Source of the DNA: Spirochaetia bacterium
Lineage (GTDB): Bacteria > Spirochaetota > Spirochaetia > UBA9216
Length of the DNA: 64,000 nucleotides
Reading direction: 5' to 3'
Assembly: GCA_965140585.1 (NCBI GenBank)
Contig: OZ223264.1
Location: 882,204-946,203 of the forward strand
In this document: positions 1-10,551 of the stretch, in pieces
Layout of the letters: every line of letters starts with the position of its first letter
Numbering within the stretch: the stretch's first letter is position 1
Program-made: the position numbers and the translations under genes
The notes under the pieces: model-generated
Database searches by the model: none
What the model saw: the letters and a program-made list of their open reading frames with translations, nothing else
Told to the model about the DNA's origin: nothing

Positions 1-558
1 AATACGTGGAAGGATAATGCGGCCATGTTTCTTTCCCTGTTTTTTATATCTATGCCGGCGTTTTGGTTTGCCCTGATTCTTGTAATGATATTTGCGATTA
101 ATCTGCATCTACTTCCCGTTGTCGGCATTTCAAGCTGGAAAGGCTTCATTCTGCCAGTAGTTTCTCTTGCTCTGGGCGCTACGGCTGGAATTGCGCGGCA
201 GACAAGATCCAGTATGCTCGAGGTTATCCGCCAAGATTATATTTCCACCGCCGCCGCCAAAGGCCAGACAGATTTCAAAGTAAAAACAAATCATGTCCTT
301 CGTAATTCATTAATTCCAATTATTGTCTATGCAGGGTCAGGACTGGGCAGAGCAATGGGCGGGGCTCTAATTGCTGAGAATATATTTTCAATACCGGGTA
401 TGGGAACGTATATGGTTAGTGCTATCGCCAGACGTGATTATCCGGTAATAATGGGCGGGGTTCTGGTCATTTCCGTATGCTTTTGCCTGATAATGCTGGC
501 TGTGGATGTAATTATGGCATACGTGGATCCCAGGATGAGAGCTCAGATTGTCAAATAA
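1..558 (+). CDS. oppB: Peptide/nickel ABC transporter permease (OppB/DppB), 5'-truncated by the window edge
   Basis: Frame is open from base 1. Hydrophobic TM segments, RSSMLEVIRQDYISTAAAKG (EAA-like loop) and RDYPVIMG...DPR are typical of OppB. Confidence 0.92.
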   Translation, partial: NTWKDNAAMFLSLFFISMPAFWFALILVMIFAINLHLLPVVGISSWKGFILPVVSLALGATAGIARQTRSSMLEVIRQDYISTAAAKGQTDFKVKTNHVLRNSLIPIIVYAGSGLGRAMGGALIAENIFSIPGMGTYMVSAIARRDYPVIMGGVLVISVCFCLIMLAVDVIMAYVDPRMRAQIVK

Positions 559-580
559 TATAATGGAGGATGATTATAAT

Positions 581-1456
581 ATGGGAAACTCTGTCGATTT
601 ATCGCAGATTAAAAAAAGATCTGCAGTTAAAATATTTTTTAAAAGGCTGGCAAAAAACAAACTTGCCGTAGCTGGCCTGGTAATTATTGCATTATTAGTT
701 CTTTTAGCTTTGTTCGGACCATTAATTGCACCGTACAGTTATAAAGAGCAGGATCTCAACAATACGTTCGCAAGGTCAAGCCTGGAGCATCCCCTAGGTA
801 CTGACAATCTAGGTCGTGACGAGTTGAGTCGGCTGATCTATGGAACAAGACAATCCCTGAGAATTGGATTCATGTCCGTGCTGCTTGCATCGTTTCTGGG
901 TACATTTTTTGGTGTAATTGCTGGTTATTACGGCGGCCTTGTGGACAATCTCCTTATGAGAATTCTAGATGTCTATCAATCAATTCCAGGGCTGATACTA
1001 TGTATCGTTCTTGCAGTAACGCTTGGGCCGGGACTCGGCAACGCGATAATTGCTTTAGGCATTGGTACTATGCCTGTTTATGCGAGGATTGTCAGGGCTC
1101 CGATGCTTCAAATTCGGAGTATGGAGTATATTGAAGCAGCTAAGGCCATAAACGCCAGCGATCGGCGCATAATTCTGAGATACGGTCTTCCCAACGCTAT
1201 TGCGCCCTTGATTATCCAGATAACTATGAGTGTAGGACTCTCCATTTTAGCAGCAGCCATGCTTAGTTTTATCGGTCTTGGTGCTCAGCCCCCGCTTGCT
1301 GAGTGGGGTGCCATGCTGACGGATGGGAAAGGGTACATCAGAGACCATGGTTACCTTATTACCTATCCGGGCATAGCTATTGTCATAAGTGTGCTTGCTT
1401 TCAATTTATTCGGCGATGGCTTGCGGGATGCGCTTGATCCCCGCCTTAAAAACTAA
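581..1456 (+). CDS. oppC: Peptide ABC transporter permease OppC/DppC
   Basis: HPLGTDNLGRD, EYIEAAKAI and GDGLRDALDPR motifs. ATG 581 follows GGAGG at 565-569; the ORF track starts at TTG 548. Confidence 0.92.
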   Translation: MGNSVDLSQIKKRSAVKIFFKRLAKNKLAVAGLVIIALLVLLALFGPLIAPYSYKEQDLNNTFARSSLEHPLGTDNLGRDELSRLIYGTRQSLRIGFMSVLLASFLGTFFGVIAGYYGGLVDNLLMRILDVYQSIPGLILCIVLAVTLGPGLGNAIIALGIGTMPVYARIVRAPMLQIRSMEYIEAAKAINASDRRIILRYGLPNAIAPLIIQITMSVGLSILAAAMLSFIGLGAQPPLAEWGAMLTDGKGYIRDHGYLITYPGIAIVISVLAFNLFGDGLRDALDPRLKN

Positions 1457-1474
1457 AAGGAATAAGGTGTTTTA

Positions 1475-2461
1475 ATGATTATGGATTCTGATAAGGACAT
1501 ATTACTAGAGGTTAAAGACCTGTTTGTTGAATATAAATCTGATGATGAGATTCTTCATGCGGTTAACGGTATCTCTTTCGATATTAAAAAGGGAGAAACT
1601 CTCGGGTTGGTCGGCGAAACCGGAGCTGGAAAAACCACGATCGCCAAATCGATTCTGCGAATTCTGCCCAAACTGCAATCGACCATAAAAAACGGTTCTA
1701 TTCATTTTTCCGGCAGACAACTTCTGAACCTTGGCGAACGTGAAATGCAGGGCATACGTGGGAATAAAATTTCAATGATATTTCAGGACCCGATGTCGGC
1801 TCTCAACCCTGTTATGTCCATAGGTGCACAGATAGAAGAGTCAATTAAGCTTCACCGCAATTTATCCCGGAAGGACAGGGAGAAACTTGTGGTGGAAATT
1901 CTGGAAAAGGTTGGGATCCCGGGTTCAAGGAAAAGTGAGTATCCGCATCAGTTTTCCGGGGGCATGAAACAGCGTGTAGTTATTGCAATTGCTCTTGCCT
2001 GCAGTCCCAGTCTGCTTTTGGCGGATGAACCTACTACTGCGCTTGACGTTACAATTCAGGCGCAGGTTCTGGACATGATTGAAAAACTGAAATCCGAATT
2101 CCACATGTCCATGCTGCTTATAACTCATGATCTTGGTATTGTCGCGGAAACATGCGACAGGGTCGCAATTATCTATGCGGGTGAGATAGTGGAGTTAGGA
2201 GAGGTCGAACAGGTTTTCGATCATCCGCTTCATCCATATACAATAGGCCTTTTCGGTTCACTCCCAAGTATAGAAGATTCAGCTTCAGACAGGCTGAAGC
2301 CAATCAACGGACTTATGCCGAACCCCCTGGCGCTTCCTGTCGGCTGCAAGTTTGCGTCGCGATGTCCGAGGGTTACTGACTTATGCAGGGAAAATGATCC
2401 GGAAAGCAGATTATTTAAAGGGCATTATGTCAGCTGCCATCATGCTGAAGGGGGAGAATAA
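1475..2461 (+). CDS. oppD: Peptide ABC transporter ATP-binding protein OppD
   Basis: Walker [17 protein letters not shown] signature, [13 protein letters not shown] and a Cys-rich C-terminus. Confidence 0.94.
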   Translation: MIMDSDKDILLEVKDLFVEYKSDDEILHAVNGISFDIKKGETLGLVGETGAGKTTIAKSILRILPKLQSTIKNGSIHFSGRQLLNLGEREMQGIRGNKISMIFQDPMSALNPVMSIGAQIEESIKLHRNLSRKDREKLVVEILEKVGIPGSRKSEYPHQFSGGMKQRVVIAIALACSPSLLLADEPTTALDVTIQAQVLDMIEKLKSEFHMSMLLITHDLGIVAETCDRVAIIYAGEIVELGEVEQVFDHPLHPYTIGLFGSLPSIEDSASDRLKPINGLMPNPLALPVGCKFASRCPRVTDLCRENDPESRLFKGHYVSCHHAEGGE

Positions 2462-3411
2462 TGGCGCCAATTTTACAGGTAGAAAATCTAAAGAAGTATT
2501 TTAAATCCCCGAAGGGAAATTTACATGCAGTTGATAATGTGAGTTTTACTATTGAAAAAGGTGAGACTCTTGGTGTTGTTGGTGAATCAGGTTGCGGTAA
2601 ATCCACATTGGGTAGGACTCTGATGCACCTTGTTGAAAATACCGGCGGAAAGATTATTTTCGACGGCGAAGATATTACAAAGGTAAGCAAGCAAAAACTG
2701 AGAAAAATTCGTGAAAACATGCAGATTATTTTTCAGGATCCTCTTTCCTCTCTGAACCCCAGGATGACTGTGATTCAGACCATCAGCGAACCATTTTATA
2801 TTCAAGGTATAAAAACCAGAAAAGAAATAGAGTATGAAACACAAAAACTCATGGATACAGTCGGTCTGTCACGGGAGTTCGCCTATGCCTATCCACATGA
2901 ACTGGATGGCGGACGCTGTCAGCGAATAGGGATCGCACGAGCCCTTACTCTGGAGCCGAAGTTTATTGTTTGTGATGAACCTGTTTCTGCACTTGATGTA
3001 TCGATACAGGCCCAGGTTTTGAACCTGATTCAGGATTTGCAGGAAGAAAAAGAACTGACCTATCTTTTTATTACCCATGACTTATCGGTTGTAAAACATA
3101 TATCTGATCATATATGCGTAATGTATCTGGGCGAGATCGTGGAGAAGGCAACTTCCCGGGATTTATTCAAAAAACCGTTACATCCGTATACCAGGGCGCT
3201 GCTCTCGGCAATTCCTGTGCCCAATGTGCATTTTAAAAAGGAGCGGATTCTGATAGAGGGCGAAATTACATCTCCAATAGAACCTCCGGAGGGATGCCGT
3301 TTTGCTGCCAGATGCATATATGCATCGGAAGAATGCAGGAAAAAGCAGCTTCTTACTGAGGTGGAACCGGAGCACTTTGTGCTGTGTTCAAAAGTCAAGG
3401 AATTCATGTAG
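2461..3411 (+). CDS. oppF: Peptide ABC transporter ATP-binding protein OppF
   Basis: [16 protein letters not shown] signature variant, [15 protein letters not shown] and GCRFAARC. Confidence 0.94.
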   Translation: MAPILQVENLKKYFKSPKGNLHAVDNVSFTIEKGETLGVVGESGCGKSTLGRTLMHLVENTGGKIIFDGEDITKVSKQKLRKIRENMQIIFQDPLSSLNPRMTVIQTISEPFYIQGIKTRKEIEYETQKLMDTVGLSREFAYAYPHELDGGRCQRIGIARALTLEPKFIVCDEPVSALDVSIQAQVLNLIQDLQEEKELTYLFITHDLSVVKHISDHICVMYLGEIVEKATSRDLFKKPLHPYTRALLSAIPVPNVHFKKERILIEGEITSPIEPPEGCRFAARCIYASEECRKKQLLTEVEPEHFVLCSKVKEFM

Positions 3412-3487
3412 AGAGCCCTTTAAAAACAGTTCTAAAGCTGACCTGTTATTCTGAATATCGGTACAGCATATTATAAGGAGGCATATT

Positions 3488-5032
3488 ATGCAGAAAAAAA
3501 TTCGATTACTGTTGTTAATTGTAGTATTAGCATTCAGTATGTTGGCATGCGGAGGCAAAGGCAGCGATGCAGATTCCGCCAAATCAGCAGGAGAGGCAGA
3601 ACTCTCAAAATTGGTGGTAGCAATACCGGATGATCCCGGTACTTTAACCTTTCTTTCAGCAATGGGTTCGCAATCCTATTACAATATTGTAGGGCAGATG
3701 TATGACTGCCTGTTCGAATATGGTGTTAATAATGAGATGACCCCTGAACTTGCTGAATCCTGGGAAAAGGTAGACGATTTACACTACATTTTTAATCTGC
3801 GCAAAGATGTAAAATTTTCAGACGGGCGTGAATTTACAGTTGAGGATGTTGTTTTTTCCATGAATATTGCAGCTACAGACCCCGCACAAAGCCAGGCGGT
3901 TGCAGGTATTGTATTGGAGGATCTCAAGATTATCGATGACTATACGATTGAGGTTCCCTTAAAAACAGCGTCTCTCCCTAACTTTGTAAATATCGGATCT
4001 GTAAGGATAACCAAAGAAGTAGCGTACAACGAGAGTCCTGATCAGCTGAAGACATCTACCTACGGTACCGGTGCCTATATGCTGAAATCATACAAACCCG
4101 GTAACTCTGTTACACTGGTTAAAAACCCCTACTATTGGGGAGAAGAGCCGTCCATTGATGAAGTTGAGATGAAGATAATATCAGATCCTTCACAGCGAAC
4201 AAATGCTCTTGTAGCAGGCGATGTCGATATAATTCAGAATCCATCAATCAATGATCTAACGTATTTTAAAGAAGAGGAAAATTTTGAAGTTAACAGTCTT
4301 ATTACCTGGAAATCAGATGGTTTCTTTTTTAATACTACTTCAAACTCTCCATGTGAAGATGTGCATTTAAGAAGAGCAATTGCCTATGCCATCGACAAAG
4401 AAGGAATTCTCAATACCGTATTCTACGGATTCGGATCGCCTTCTGTATCTCCCTTTACTGAAACTTTCATTGACTTTGATGAGGCCTATATTGCCGACGG
4501 TTACTATGATTATAATGTTGAAAAAGCTAAAGAGGAGCTTGCCAAAGCTAATATTCCTGCGGACATGATGCTTAAAATAATCATCAATAATTCAGCTGAT
4601 AGTCAGTCCGTATCCCAGATAATACAGTCGCTACTGTCTACAGTAGGGATTGTATCTGAGATTGTCTCATACGATTCAGCAGTCTATTTCGGTACAATGA
4701 GAGATTCTTCCAGCGGCTGGGATATTGCCTTGAACTATACAACCTGCCCCAGCGGTCTGGCTTCAGACCTTGTAAACGCCTGGGTACTTCACCTTGGTAT
4801 TTCCGGGTACAGAGATCCGGATATGGTAGGTGCTATCGATACTGCGCTTCAGCTGGGTAATGTAGATGAAATGGCCCCTTCAACTGAAGTTGTGTATAAA
4901 AAAGTAATCGATGATTTGCCGTTCTTTTCTTATATCCAGACTGCAGTTAATATTGCATACAACAGCAAGGTTGAGGATTTTGACTGGTGGGGTCGAGGGA
5001 ATATGAAATTCCGTCTGTATTCAGTAGAATAA
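3488..5032 (+). CDS. oppA: ABC substrate-binding lipoprotein, family 5 (OppA/DppA-like)
   Basis: Lipobox MLAC, PELAESWE, LRKDVKFSDG, NPYYWG and LRRAIAYAIDK; RBS AGGAGG. Confidence 0.92.
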   Translation: MQKKIRLLLLIVVLAFSMLACGGKGSDADSAKSAGEAELSKLVVAIPDDPGTLTFLSAMGSQSYYNIVGQMYDCLFEYGVNNEMTPELAESWEKVDDLHYIFNLRKDVKFSDGREFTVEDVVFSMNIAATDPAQSQAVAGIVLEDLKIIDDYTIEVPLKTASLPNFVNIGSVRITKEVAYNESPDQLKTSTYGTGAYMLKSYKPGNSVTLVKNPYYWGEEPSIDEVEMKIISDPSQRTNALVAGDVDIIQNPSINDLTYFKEEENFEVNSLITWKSDGFFFNTTSNSPCEDVHLRRAIAYAIDKEGILNTVFYGFGSPSVSPFTETFIDFDEAYIADGYYDYNVEKAKEELAKANIPADMMLKIIINNSADSQSVSQIIQSLLSTVGIVSEIVSYDSAVYFGTMRDSSSGWDIALNYTTCPSGLASDLVNAWVLHLGISGYRDPDMVGAIDTALQLGNVDEMAPSTEVVYKKVIDDLPFFSYIQTAVNIAYNSKVEDFDWWGRGNMKFRLYSVE

Positions 5033-5058
5033 TTTAATTTAGCTTCTTTTAATATATA

Positions 5059-5087
5059 TCCGCCGGCAGTTTAATCTGGTCGGCGGA
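5059..5087 (+). terminator. Stem-loop after the substrate-binding gene (attenuator or mRNA-stabilising hairpin)
   Basis: TCCGCCGGCAG-tttaat-CTGGTCGGCGGA imperfect inverted repeat with no strong U-tract. Confidence 0.5.
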
Positions 5088-5113
5088 ATAATTGTCATGC
5101 AGGAGATCATTCA

Positions 5114-5908
5114 ATGGCATCAATCAGTTGTACTTTCTATTCAGAAATTTTGGAAAAAGAGGTGCAGGCGTTTGTTTTTCTCCCTGCGTTTACTTTCAAG
5201 GACAAAGGATTCCCGGAAGAAGAAAGATATTTCAAAAAACGTAAATTTAAAACTCTTGTATTATTGCATGGTTATTCGGGAACCTTTTCATCCTGGCAAA
5301 GAAATACCCGGCTTGAATATTATGCCGAACAAAATGATTTGGCGGTTATCTGTCCCGACGGTAATAACGGACATTACAGCGACTGGGAAAGTGGTCCAAG
5401 GTATCTGAGCTTTCTTAATGATGAATTTTTACCTGCTACTCGCTCAATGTTTCCGCTTTCAACTGAAAAAGAGGATAATTTTATCGGTGGTTATTCAATG
5501 GGCGGCTACGGTGCGGTAAAATGGGCTTTTACATATCCCGATATTTTTTCCCATGTAATAAATTTTTCCGGCGGTCTGAACATTTTACCGCGGATTGAGT
5601 ATTACAAAAAAATGATAGGTGTTGAACAGACAAAAGCGGTTTTCGGAAATCTAGACGAAATAGAAAACAGCCGTCATGATATTTACTGGCTTATGCAGGA
5701 ATATATGAAAAATGATAATTCCCGATTGCGCATTTACTCCTGTTCAGGTACGGAGGACCTTCCTGCAACGGAAGCACATATGTTATTTGTAAGAATCGCC
5801 GAGAAACTTGGCTATGATATTACTACTTTCACTGGTCCGGGAGGACATGATTTTGATTTTTGGGATGAGGTATTAAAAAAAGTGATTTATCAGTGGCTTC
5901 CGCTCTAA
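5114..5908 (+). CDS. Alpha/beta-hydrolase esterase (tributyrin esterase/FrmB-like family)
   Basis: LLHGYSG, nucleophile elbow GYSMGG, SGTED and GPGGHDFDFW (Ser-Asp-His triad). Confidence 0.88.
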   Translation: MASISCTFYSEILEKEVQAFVFLPAFTFKDKGFPEEERYFKKRKFKTLVLLHGYSGTFSSWQRNTRLEYYAEQNDLAVICPDGNNGHYSDWESGPRYLSFLNDEFLPATRSMFPLSTEKEDNFIGGYSMGGYGAVKWAFTYPDIFSHVINFSGGLNILPRIEYYKKMIGVEQTKAVFGNLDEIENSRHDIYWLMQEYMKNDNSRLRIYSCSGTEDLPATEAHMLFVRIAEKLGYDITTFTGPGGHDFDFWDEVLKKVIYQWLPL

Positions 5909-5938
5909 AACCTTAAAAGATTTCAGGACTTACAATAA

Positions 5939-6532
5939 ATGAACATTACTGACAGAATAATAAAACACGTATACAGCACAGATTTTAAGGATATTCCAGA
6001 GGCAGTGATAAATATTCAGAAGAAAGCACTAATCGATGCTGTTGCTGTATCCTTTGCCGCCTCTTCAAAAGGCGAGAGTTGCGGTGAATTCATCGGGCTT
6101 GCTAAAGATCTTGGAGGAGCGGAGTCTTGTGTAGTGATAGGCTGCGGGTTTAAAGCTTCTCCCGTTGGAGCGGCTCTTGCAAACGGTGCAATGGCTCATG
6201 CGATGGATTATGAGGATGCGCATGATCTTTCCTGTATACATTCCAACGCAGTCTCTACAGCGGCAGCACTTACGATGGCGGATCTTAAAAGGCCGGATGT
6301 CCGGAAAGGATTTTCTTGCTGCACTGACATTAGTAAGCGATATCTCCATAAAATAACGGATGTTTTCTATATGCCGGTAGATATTCCTGAAAATTGCTCG
6401 CCGGTTATCGTTGAACCTGAAAATCCAAAATTCAATGAGATAAATAATTATATAGAAAAGATTACAAGAGCAGAAAACATTGATACGGAATTTACTGTTT
6501 GCGGTAACGAAATAAAGATTAATCTGAAATAA
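5939..6532 (+). pseudogene. MmgE/PrpD family gene, frameshifted and truncated, fused to an unrelated tail
   Basis: N-terminus shows PrpD motifs (AALANGAMAHAMDYEDAH, H-S-N). Similarity continues in another frame after the A-run at 6287-6290 (MSGKDFLAALTL) and stops at 6356. Far shorter than a typical ~450 aa PrpD. Confidence 0.75.
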
Positions 6533-6552
6533 TATTTTAGGGAGGATTTGAT

Positions 6553-7353
6553 ATGGGGTTCTTCAGATATACATTTTTATCGGTAATTCTGGAATGTACA
6601 ACATCAATTACCGTTACATTACCAGATTTTGAGCGGCAGCATAGGGATAAATCCCTTGATGATATTTATCTCGAAGGTGTCAAACTGCCCACCATTTACC
6701 TGCTTCACGGCGGAAGTGGTGATTCTTCTGATTGGTTAAGAAAGACTCAGATAGAGCTGCTATCGAATGAAATGGGTTTCATGACCGTCTCGATTGATGC
6801 TTTGGAGAGTTTTTACTCCGATATGATACATGGCAGGGATTATTTTACCTATCTGACTGAAGAAGTCCCCCGGATAGTTCAGCGACTGTTCCCCTCGTCT
6901 CCGTACAGGAAAGATAACTATATTGCCGGTTTTTCTATGGGCGGACACGGTGCCATGAAAGTAGCATTAAGGTGTCCCGAAAAATTTACAGCAGTTCTGG
7001 CCCTCTCCGGAGCCAAAGACATGGTGAAGATGGCAAAGCTTGCCGAAGAAATGGGGATCATTGCGTCTAACAGCACTGTAGACGAGGCCTTCGGCTCGAT
7101 TGACAATATCTATGACTCAGAGAATGATCTCTTGTTTCTGGCAAAAGAATTAAAGAAGTCAGGAAAACAGCAGCCTGAGATCTTTCTGGGCTGCGGTACC
7201 GAAGACTATGGTTATGAATTATGCCGTGAATACAGTTCTTTTCTGAAAAAAACAGGCTTGAAAAATGAGTTCATTTCCATTCCGGGAAAGCATGATTATT
7301 TTTTCGTCAATCAGATGATAACCAAAGCAGTTAAAGAATTATTTAAATTATGA
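6553..7353 (+). CDS. Alpha/beta-hydrolase esterase, paralog of 5114..5908
   Basis: YLLHGGSG, GFSMGG, CGTED and PGKHDY; RBS GGAGG. Confidence 0.88.
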   Translation: MGFFRYTFLSVILECTTSITVTLPDFERQHRDKSLDDIYLEGVKLPTIYLLHGGSGDSSDWLRKTQIELLSNEMGFMTVSIDALESFYSDMIHGRDYFTYLTEEVPRIVQRLFPSSPYRKDNYIAGFSMGGHGAMKVALRCPEKFTAVLALSGAKDMVKMAKLAEEMGIIASNSTVDEAFGSIDNIYDSENDLLFLAKELKKSGKQQPEIFLGCGTEDYGYELCREYSSFLKKTGLKNEFISIPGKHDYFFVNQMITKAVKELFKL

Positions 7354-8540
7354 CAGATTCTGACAAACTGTTTTCTAGAGACTATATTCTTATATCCATT
7401 CTGGGCCTGCTTATTAGATTCAGCATGTTTATTAAGATGACTATTCAGCCGCTTTACCTTATTAATCTCTTTTCATCCAAAACTGTAGCGGGATTGGCTG
7501 TGACTGTATTCACAATATCCGCACTGGTGCTCCGGCCTCTGTCCGGGAGAATAATCGATAAATACGGACGAAGGAATATGTTTTTTTGGGGGACAGTAAC
7601 CTTTTCGCTGACAACTCTACCTTTGGGTTTTATCGACAATCTTTTTATAATATATATCTTCCAGGCAGTTGGAGGAATCGCTTTTTCAATTCAATCAGTC
7701 GCCGACACAACGATGGTCACGGATGTTGTTCCTGAATCAAAACTGACACAGGGTCTCGGATATTATGGATTAACGGCAACTCTTGCACAGGCTCTGGGAC
7801 CCTCCGTAGGGCTATTGTTAATTTCAGCTTATAATTACAGTATTAGCTTCCTTATAACCGGAGCAATTAATCTTATTTCAATATTTCTTGTATTTTTAAT
7901 AGCTTATGAAAAACAACCTGCTTATATTCGTTCAGTTGCGGAACGAATACGGAACAGGAGTGATGTTAAACGGACATTTCTTGACAATCTTATAGCAAGA
8001 AGTGCGGCATATCCTTCCCTGTATATTGGCATTCTTTCTTTTATCGGTGCCTCAATAGGTACTTTTCTTGTGCCGTATGCAAAGCTGTCAGGAATACCAA
8101 GCATCGGTCTATACTTTTCATTCAGAGCCATTGGTGTTGCATTGTCGCGGATGTTTGTCAGCCGGGTAACAGATGCTTTGGGAAAATTCAAATCATTGAT
8201 TCTAAGTATGCTCCTGATTGTATTCGGGACAACAGGAATCCTTTTCATGAGTAATATTTTTATGGTGGTACTGGTAGCGCTTTTATATGGTATCGGATTT
8301 GGAATAGCCTCGGTGGTGTTAAACGTAGGTGCAGTAATTAACACTCCTCAAGTCAATAGAGCCGCCGCAAATGCAACCTTCTTTTTGATGATAGATGCGG
8401 GTATTGGATTAGGCTCGGTAACATGGGGTATTATAGGCGATACTCTGGGAATTAGCAGTATATTTATTGGTTCAGCCATTATGTCACTTTTCGTTTTTAT
8501 AGTATTTGCAGGAATGAAGAAAAGTCGTGAGATATTCTGA
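7350..8540 (+). CDS. MFS transporter
   Basis: About 12 hydrophobic segments and motif A GRIIDKYGRR; ATGA overlap with the esterase. Confidence 0.9.
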   Translation: MTDSDKLFSRDYILISILGLLIRFSMFIKMTIQPLYLINLFSSKTVAGLAVTVFTISALVLRPLSGRIIDKYGRRNMFFWGTVTFSLTTLPLGFIDNLFIIYIFQAVGGIAFSIQSVADTTMVTDVVPESKLTQGLGYYGLTATLAQALGPSVGLLLISAYNYSISFLITGAINLISIFLVFLIAYEKQPAYIRSVAERIRNRSDVKRTFLDNLIARSAAYPSLYIGILSFIGASIGTFLVPYAKLSGIPSIGLYFSFRAIGVALSRMFVSRVTDALGKFKSLILSMLLIVFGTTGILFMSNIFMVVLVALLYGIGFGIASVVLNVGAVINTPQVNRAAANATFFLMIDAGIGLGSVTWGIIGDTLGISSIFIGSAIMSLFVFIVFAGMKKSREIF

Positions 8541-8639
8541 TTTTGAAGATTTTACTGTTCGTTTGTTTTTTACATATTCAAGCACATGAGTTATTTTTTT
8601 ACATCTTTAATCACTTGATCGATAATAATGGTGGTGTAT

Positions 8640-9320
8640 GTGTCGGTTTGATTCGCTGAAGCTCGCTATATTCTGTTTCATCTGCTCAAAGGTTGATGCC
8701 CCTGAAAGGTTCCATTACCCATACAGGTATTTTATAATGTTTAAGCAGCTCCACCTTAGCTTCAGCATCCTGGAAGGACCAGTCAACATAGTTAAGCTGC
8801 AGCTGACCGAATTCCATATGCTCGCCATAGGCTTCAAGAAAACGTTTTATCACTTCGTAACTTCCATGTGCTGAAAAACCGAGGTGTTTTATTCTTCCGT
8901 TTTTTTTCTGCTCAAGAAGGTACTTAAGAATACCCTATCTTTCATTGAGATAGGCATCGATATTAATTTCGCAGACATTATGAAAGAGGTAGAAATCAAA
9001 ATATTCAACACCGCATTTTTTCAGCTGTTCTTCGAAGATTTCCTCCACCTTATCCATGTTGGACAGATCGTATACGGAGAATTTTGTTGCAAGATAAAAT
9101 TTATTCCTGGGATAGTTGCCCAGGATTCGGCCTATTACTGTTTCTGACTGTCCGTCATGATAGCCGCATGCAGTATCAAAATAATTAACTCCATTATCAA
9201 ATGCATATTTAACCATATCAGCGGCTGCCTGCTCATCTATCTGACCGTCATTACCGGCAGTCTCATTGTTCCCATACCCAGAAGGGACAGATCCTTGTCT
9301 TTAAATTTCCTGTAGATCAT
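8640..9320 (-). pseudogene. Aldo/keto reductase pseudogene
   Basis: ATG at 9320 (MIYRKFKDKDLSLLGMGTMRLP) is followed by a frameshift, then GVNYFDTA..YLATK. After an in-frame TAG at 8935-8937 the frame resumes GRIKHLGFSAH..QLQLNYVDW..VMEP, then jumps to ASTFEQMKQNI. The 3' boundary is approximate. Confidence 0.8.
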
Positions 9321-10067
9321 TTATTTAACCTCGTTGATGCAGCGTAAGGCATTAAGACTTCTGGGATAGCCTATAAAAGGAAGACACCGCGACAGAATCT
9401 TAATAAGAAATGCTTTATCATTTCCTACGTTAATGTTGCCGGCCACATGCCCCATAAGCTGAGGTTCGCATCCGCCCTGGGCAGCAAGGAAACAGAAGGT
9501 GATCATTTCTCTTTGCGCAAGATCAAGGCCTGTTCTTGTGTAATAATCACCGAAACAGTTATCTGCAAGCCAGCGGTTTATATGTCTGCTTTCTTCGGGG
9601 CCGGATTTCCAGAAATCTTTCATCTGTTCACCGAAGATCTCAACCTGAGCCTGGCTTCCGGCGGGGAGTCTTGTATCAGAGTCGGTTGTAGCCTGAGGAG
9701 GCAGGGGCAGTTCAATTCCATGCTGTGACAGGATTTCATTGACTGCTTTAAGAAATGGCTGTACCCGTCCTATGCCGAGGTAGGCTGTGGCCTGATACAC
9801 TGTTTCCTTGACTTCAACCGGTGTAACTCCGAAATTCAGCGCAGCGGGCAGCATTACCTTAAACTCATCAATTCCCTGGCAGCCGAGAAGGGCTGCAAGA
9901 ATAGCAAGCATTCTGGTTTTATCATCAAGATTATCAGTGTTTACAACTTCATCAAAGGCAAAATTGTTAAAAATCTCAACAAACTCAGGATCTGTTTTCA
10001 TTAAATCCGGAGTAATGCCAGGAAGCATTCTTTCATGGTATTCTTTTGCTTTACTTGTAATAGACAT
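9321..10067 (-). CDS. Carboxymuconolactone decarboxylase (CMD/AhpD-like) family protein, two-repeat form
   Basis: Two CMD repeats (LDDKTRMLAILAAL..YLGIGR and LDLAQREMIT..PFIGYPRSLNA). Confidence 0.85.
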   Translation of the reverse strand: MSITSKAKEYHERMLPGITPDLMKTDPEFVEIFNNFAFDEVVNTDNLDDKTRMLAILAALLGCQGIDEFKVMLPAALNFGVTPVEVKETVYQATAYLGIGRVQPFLKAVNEILSQHGIELPLPPQATTDSDTRLPAGSQAQVEIFGEQMKDFWKSGPEESRHINRWLADNCFGDYYTRTGLDLAQREMITFCFLAAQGGCEPQLMGHVAGNINVGNDKAFLIKILSRCLPFIGYPRSLNALRCINEVK

Positions 10068-10076
10068 AATTATTCC

Positions 10077-10460
10077 TTATTTCAGTTTGCTGTAATGTTC
10101 ATCGTCAACAGCTTCAAGCCATTCTGTTTTTCCGTTTACTCCCGGAATCTCAACTGCAATATGGACAAACCAGCTGTCTTTAGCCGCACCATGCCAGTGT
10201 TTAACTCCCTGGGGAATATTTACAACATCACCTGCCTGAAGTTCCTGTGCTTCCTTTCCTTCTTCCTGGTACCATCCGCGGCCGCCGGTAACAAGCAGAA
10301 TCTGTCCGCCCTTTTTATCGGCCATGTGAATGTGCCAGTTATTTCTGCATCCGGGTTCGAAAGTTACATTGGCAGTAATAAGTCCGTCTCTGGTCCGCAG
10401 TTTTAAATAGCTTTTGCCAATAAAATAATCTCCGAAGGGATTAATTTCACTATAAAAATT
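10077..10460 (-). pseudogene. Cupin-domain protein lacking its native start (5'-truncated)
   Basis: The frame extends upstream of the track ORF through NPFGDYFIGKSYL..NVTFEPGCRNNWHIH to GGQILL..HWHGA..FVHIA, but no ATG/GTG/TTG occurs before an upstream TAA. Confidence 0.6.
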
Positions 10461-10551
10461 GCCTATTCCTCCGAAATGCAGGACTATTTACCTCTAAAAC
10501 AGCTTAATTTATGCTTAATATCTTATTACAGTCAGTTAATGAGGTGAAAAT

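Noticed and set aside
8935-8937. In-frame TAG in the aldo-keto reductase as pyrrolysine or readthrough
   Set aside because: The same gene also has a frameshift and a deletion, and other genes here use TAG as a normal stop.
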